This document shows positions 63,095-64,000 of a stretch of DNA of 64,000 nt, piece by piece. Origin of the DNA: Fistulifera solaris (Eukaryota). The notes beneath the pieces were generated by a model. The model saw only the letters and a program-made list of their open reading frames with translations. It was not told the DNA's origin and did no database searches. Each line of letters starts with the position of its first letter. Position 1 is the first letter of the stretch. Both the position numbers and the translations under genes were made by a program. The DNA is taken from assembly GCA_030295235.1 (NCBI GenBank), contig AP026155.1, positions 124,001-188,000 on the forward strand, read 5' to 3'.

Positions 63095-64000
63095 TTACTT
63101 GATCAACCATGGATGTTGTAGCACTAGCTGGATACTGGGACGCATATCTGGATTGGGGTTTAGCATAAATACAATCAAGTCGCGCGATTCGCGACTAGAC
63201 TTGGACGGAAAGAACCAGTGCGGCCCCAGAAAGTTCTTTTCGTCGGCATCCGTAATGTTGGGATTCAAGGCACCCATCAAAGTGCTACGGCGGCTACGGC
63301 CAGATGACTTTTGAGTTTCTTCATACCACTTATGATAGGATTGGAACCGAGGGCATCGCAATAAGTCCTCACCGAAAGGGAGCGAACGAAACAGCATGGC
63401 GTACAAAATCACTCCCGCACTCCATACATCGGCCTTTGTGCCGTCGTACCCTTTACTACTTCTCGTTTCTCTCGTTTACATTCGCTCTGCAGAATAATTT
63501 CGGGTGCGACATAATGTGGTGATCCTACAATCGAGGTCATGCGCCGCAAAGGAGAAGGTCCTCCTCCGTCCGAATCATCTATTCGCGGTCGGCACATGAT
63601 GTCTTCCACTGAACCACAGGTCAAAAACGACAAAGCATTTCCGCCCGCCACAAGGAATCGATCCATCTGCACTTTAATCGGCGAAGGACTTGGCGGGAAA
63701 CTCTCTCTTTCTTGGTCGCGGTATCTCGTGGAGTCTGGTGTGTTTAAAATAGAATTTGGTGGGCCGCCTACAAGCGATTCGACAACAGTATCATTATCGT
63801 TTTGAGCAATAGATCCAAACTCAGCAGAAAGACCAAAATCGGCAATTTTCAAAACGCAGTCTCCATTCGGGCTGTTGTGGACAAGGAGGTTCTCAGGTTT
63901 CAAATCACGGTGAGCTATGCCGTTACAGTGACAATAATGTATTCCGCTCGCCAGCTCCAAGAAAAACTTCCTCATCACCGTCTCGGACTCTGTGAAACCT
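63095..64000 (-). CDS. Ser/Thr protein kinase (CAMK/SNF1-like), 5' end outside the window
   Basis: [27 protein letters not shown] and HPW motifs, with a long activation-segment insert. Frameshift near 63455. Confidence 0.93.

Overview
This is gene-dense eukaryotic DNA with short GT-AG introns. Signal-peptide plus 'AF' plastid-type presequences and several characteristic protein families point to a diatom (inference; no species claimed). Many otherwise intact genes, including essential ones (eIF3c, transketolase, adenosine kinase, ER Hsp70), are broken by 1-nt indels in homopolymers, so the assembly is probably unpolished long-read sequence and these are not pseudogenes. About 24 host genes are recognisable, plus two full-length mobile elements: a CRE-like RLE non-LTR retrotransposon (36391-40483; poly(A) tail, 15-bp TSD) and a PIF/Harbinger DNA transposon (50461-54327; ~40-bp TIRs, TAA TSD). 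The two strongest findings are not evident from the ORF track. (1) A hybrid histidine kinase (54392-57250) has an N-terminal ~8-TM microbial-rhodopsin-like domain that keeps the helix-C RxxEW and helix-G DxxxK (Schiff-base lysine) motifs, making it a candidate histidine-kinase rhodopsin. (2) A SelW/Rdx-type selenoprotein gene (57784-58165, minus strand) has two in-frame TGA codons at its redox motif (UxxU) and candidate SECIS hairpins downstream. Also seen are a dispersed palindromic upstream motif (CANGACTG-N5-CAGTCNTG, five copies) and a 34-bp repeat family at two loci.
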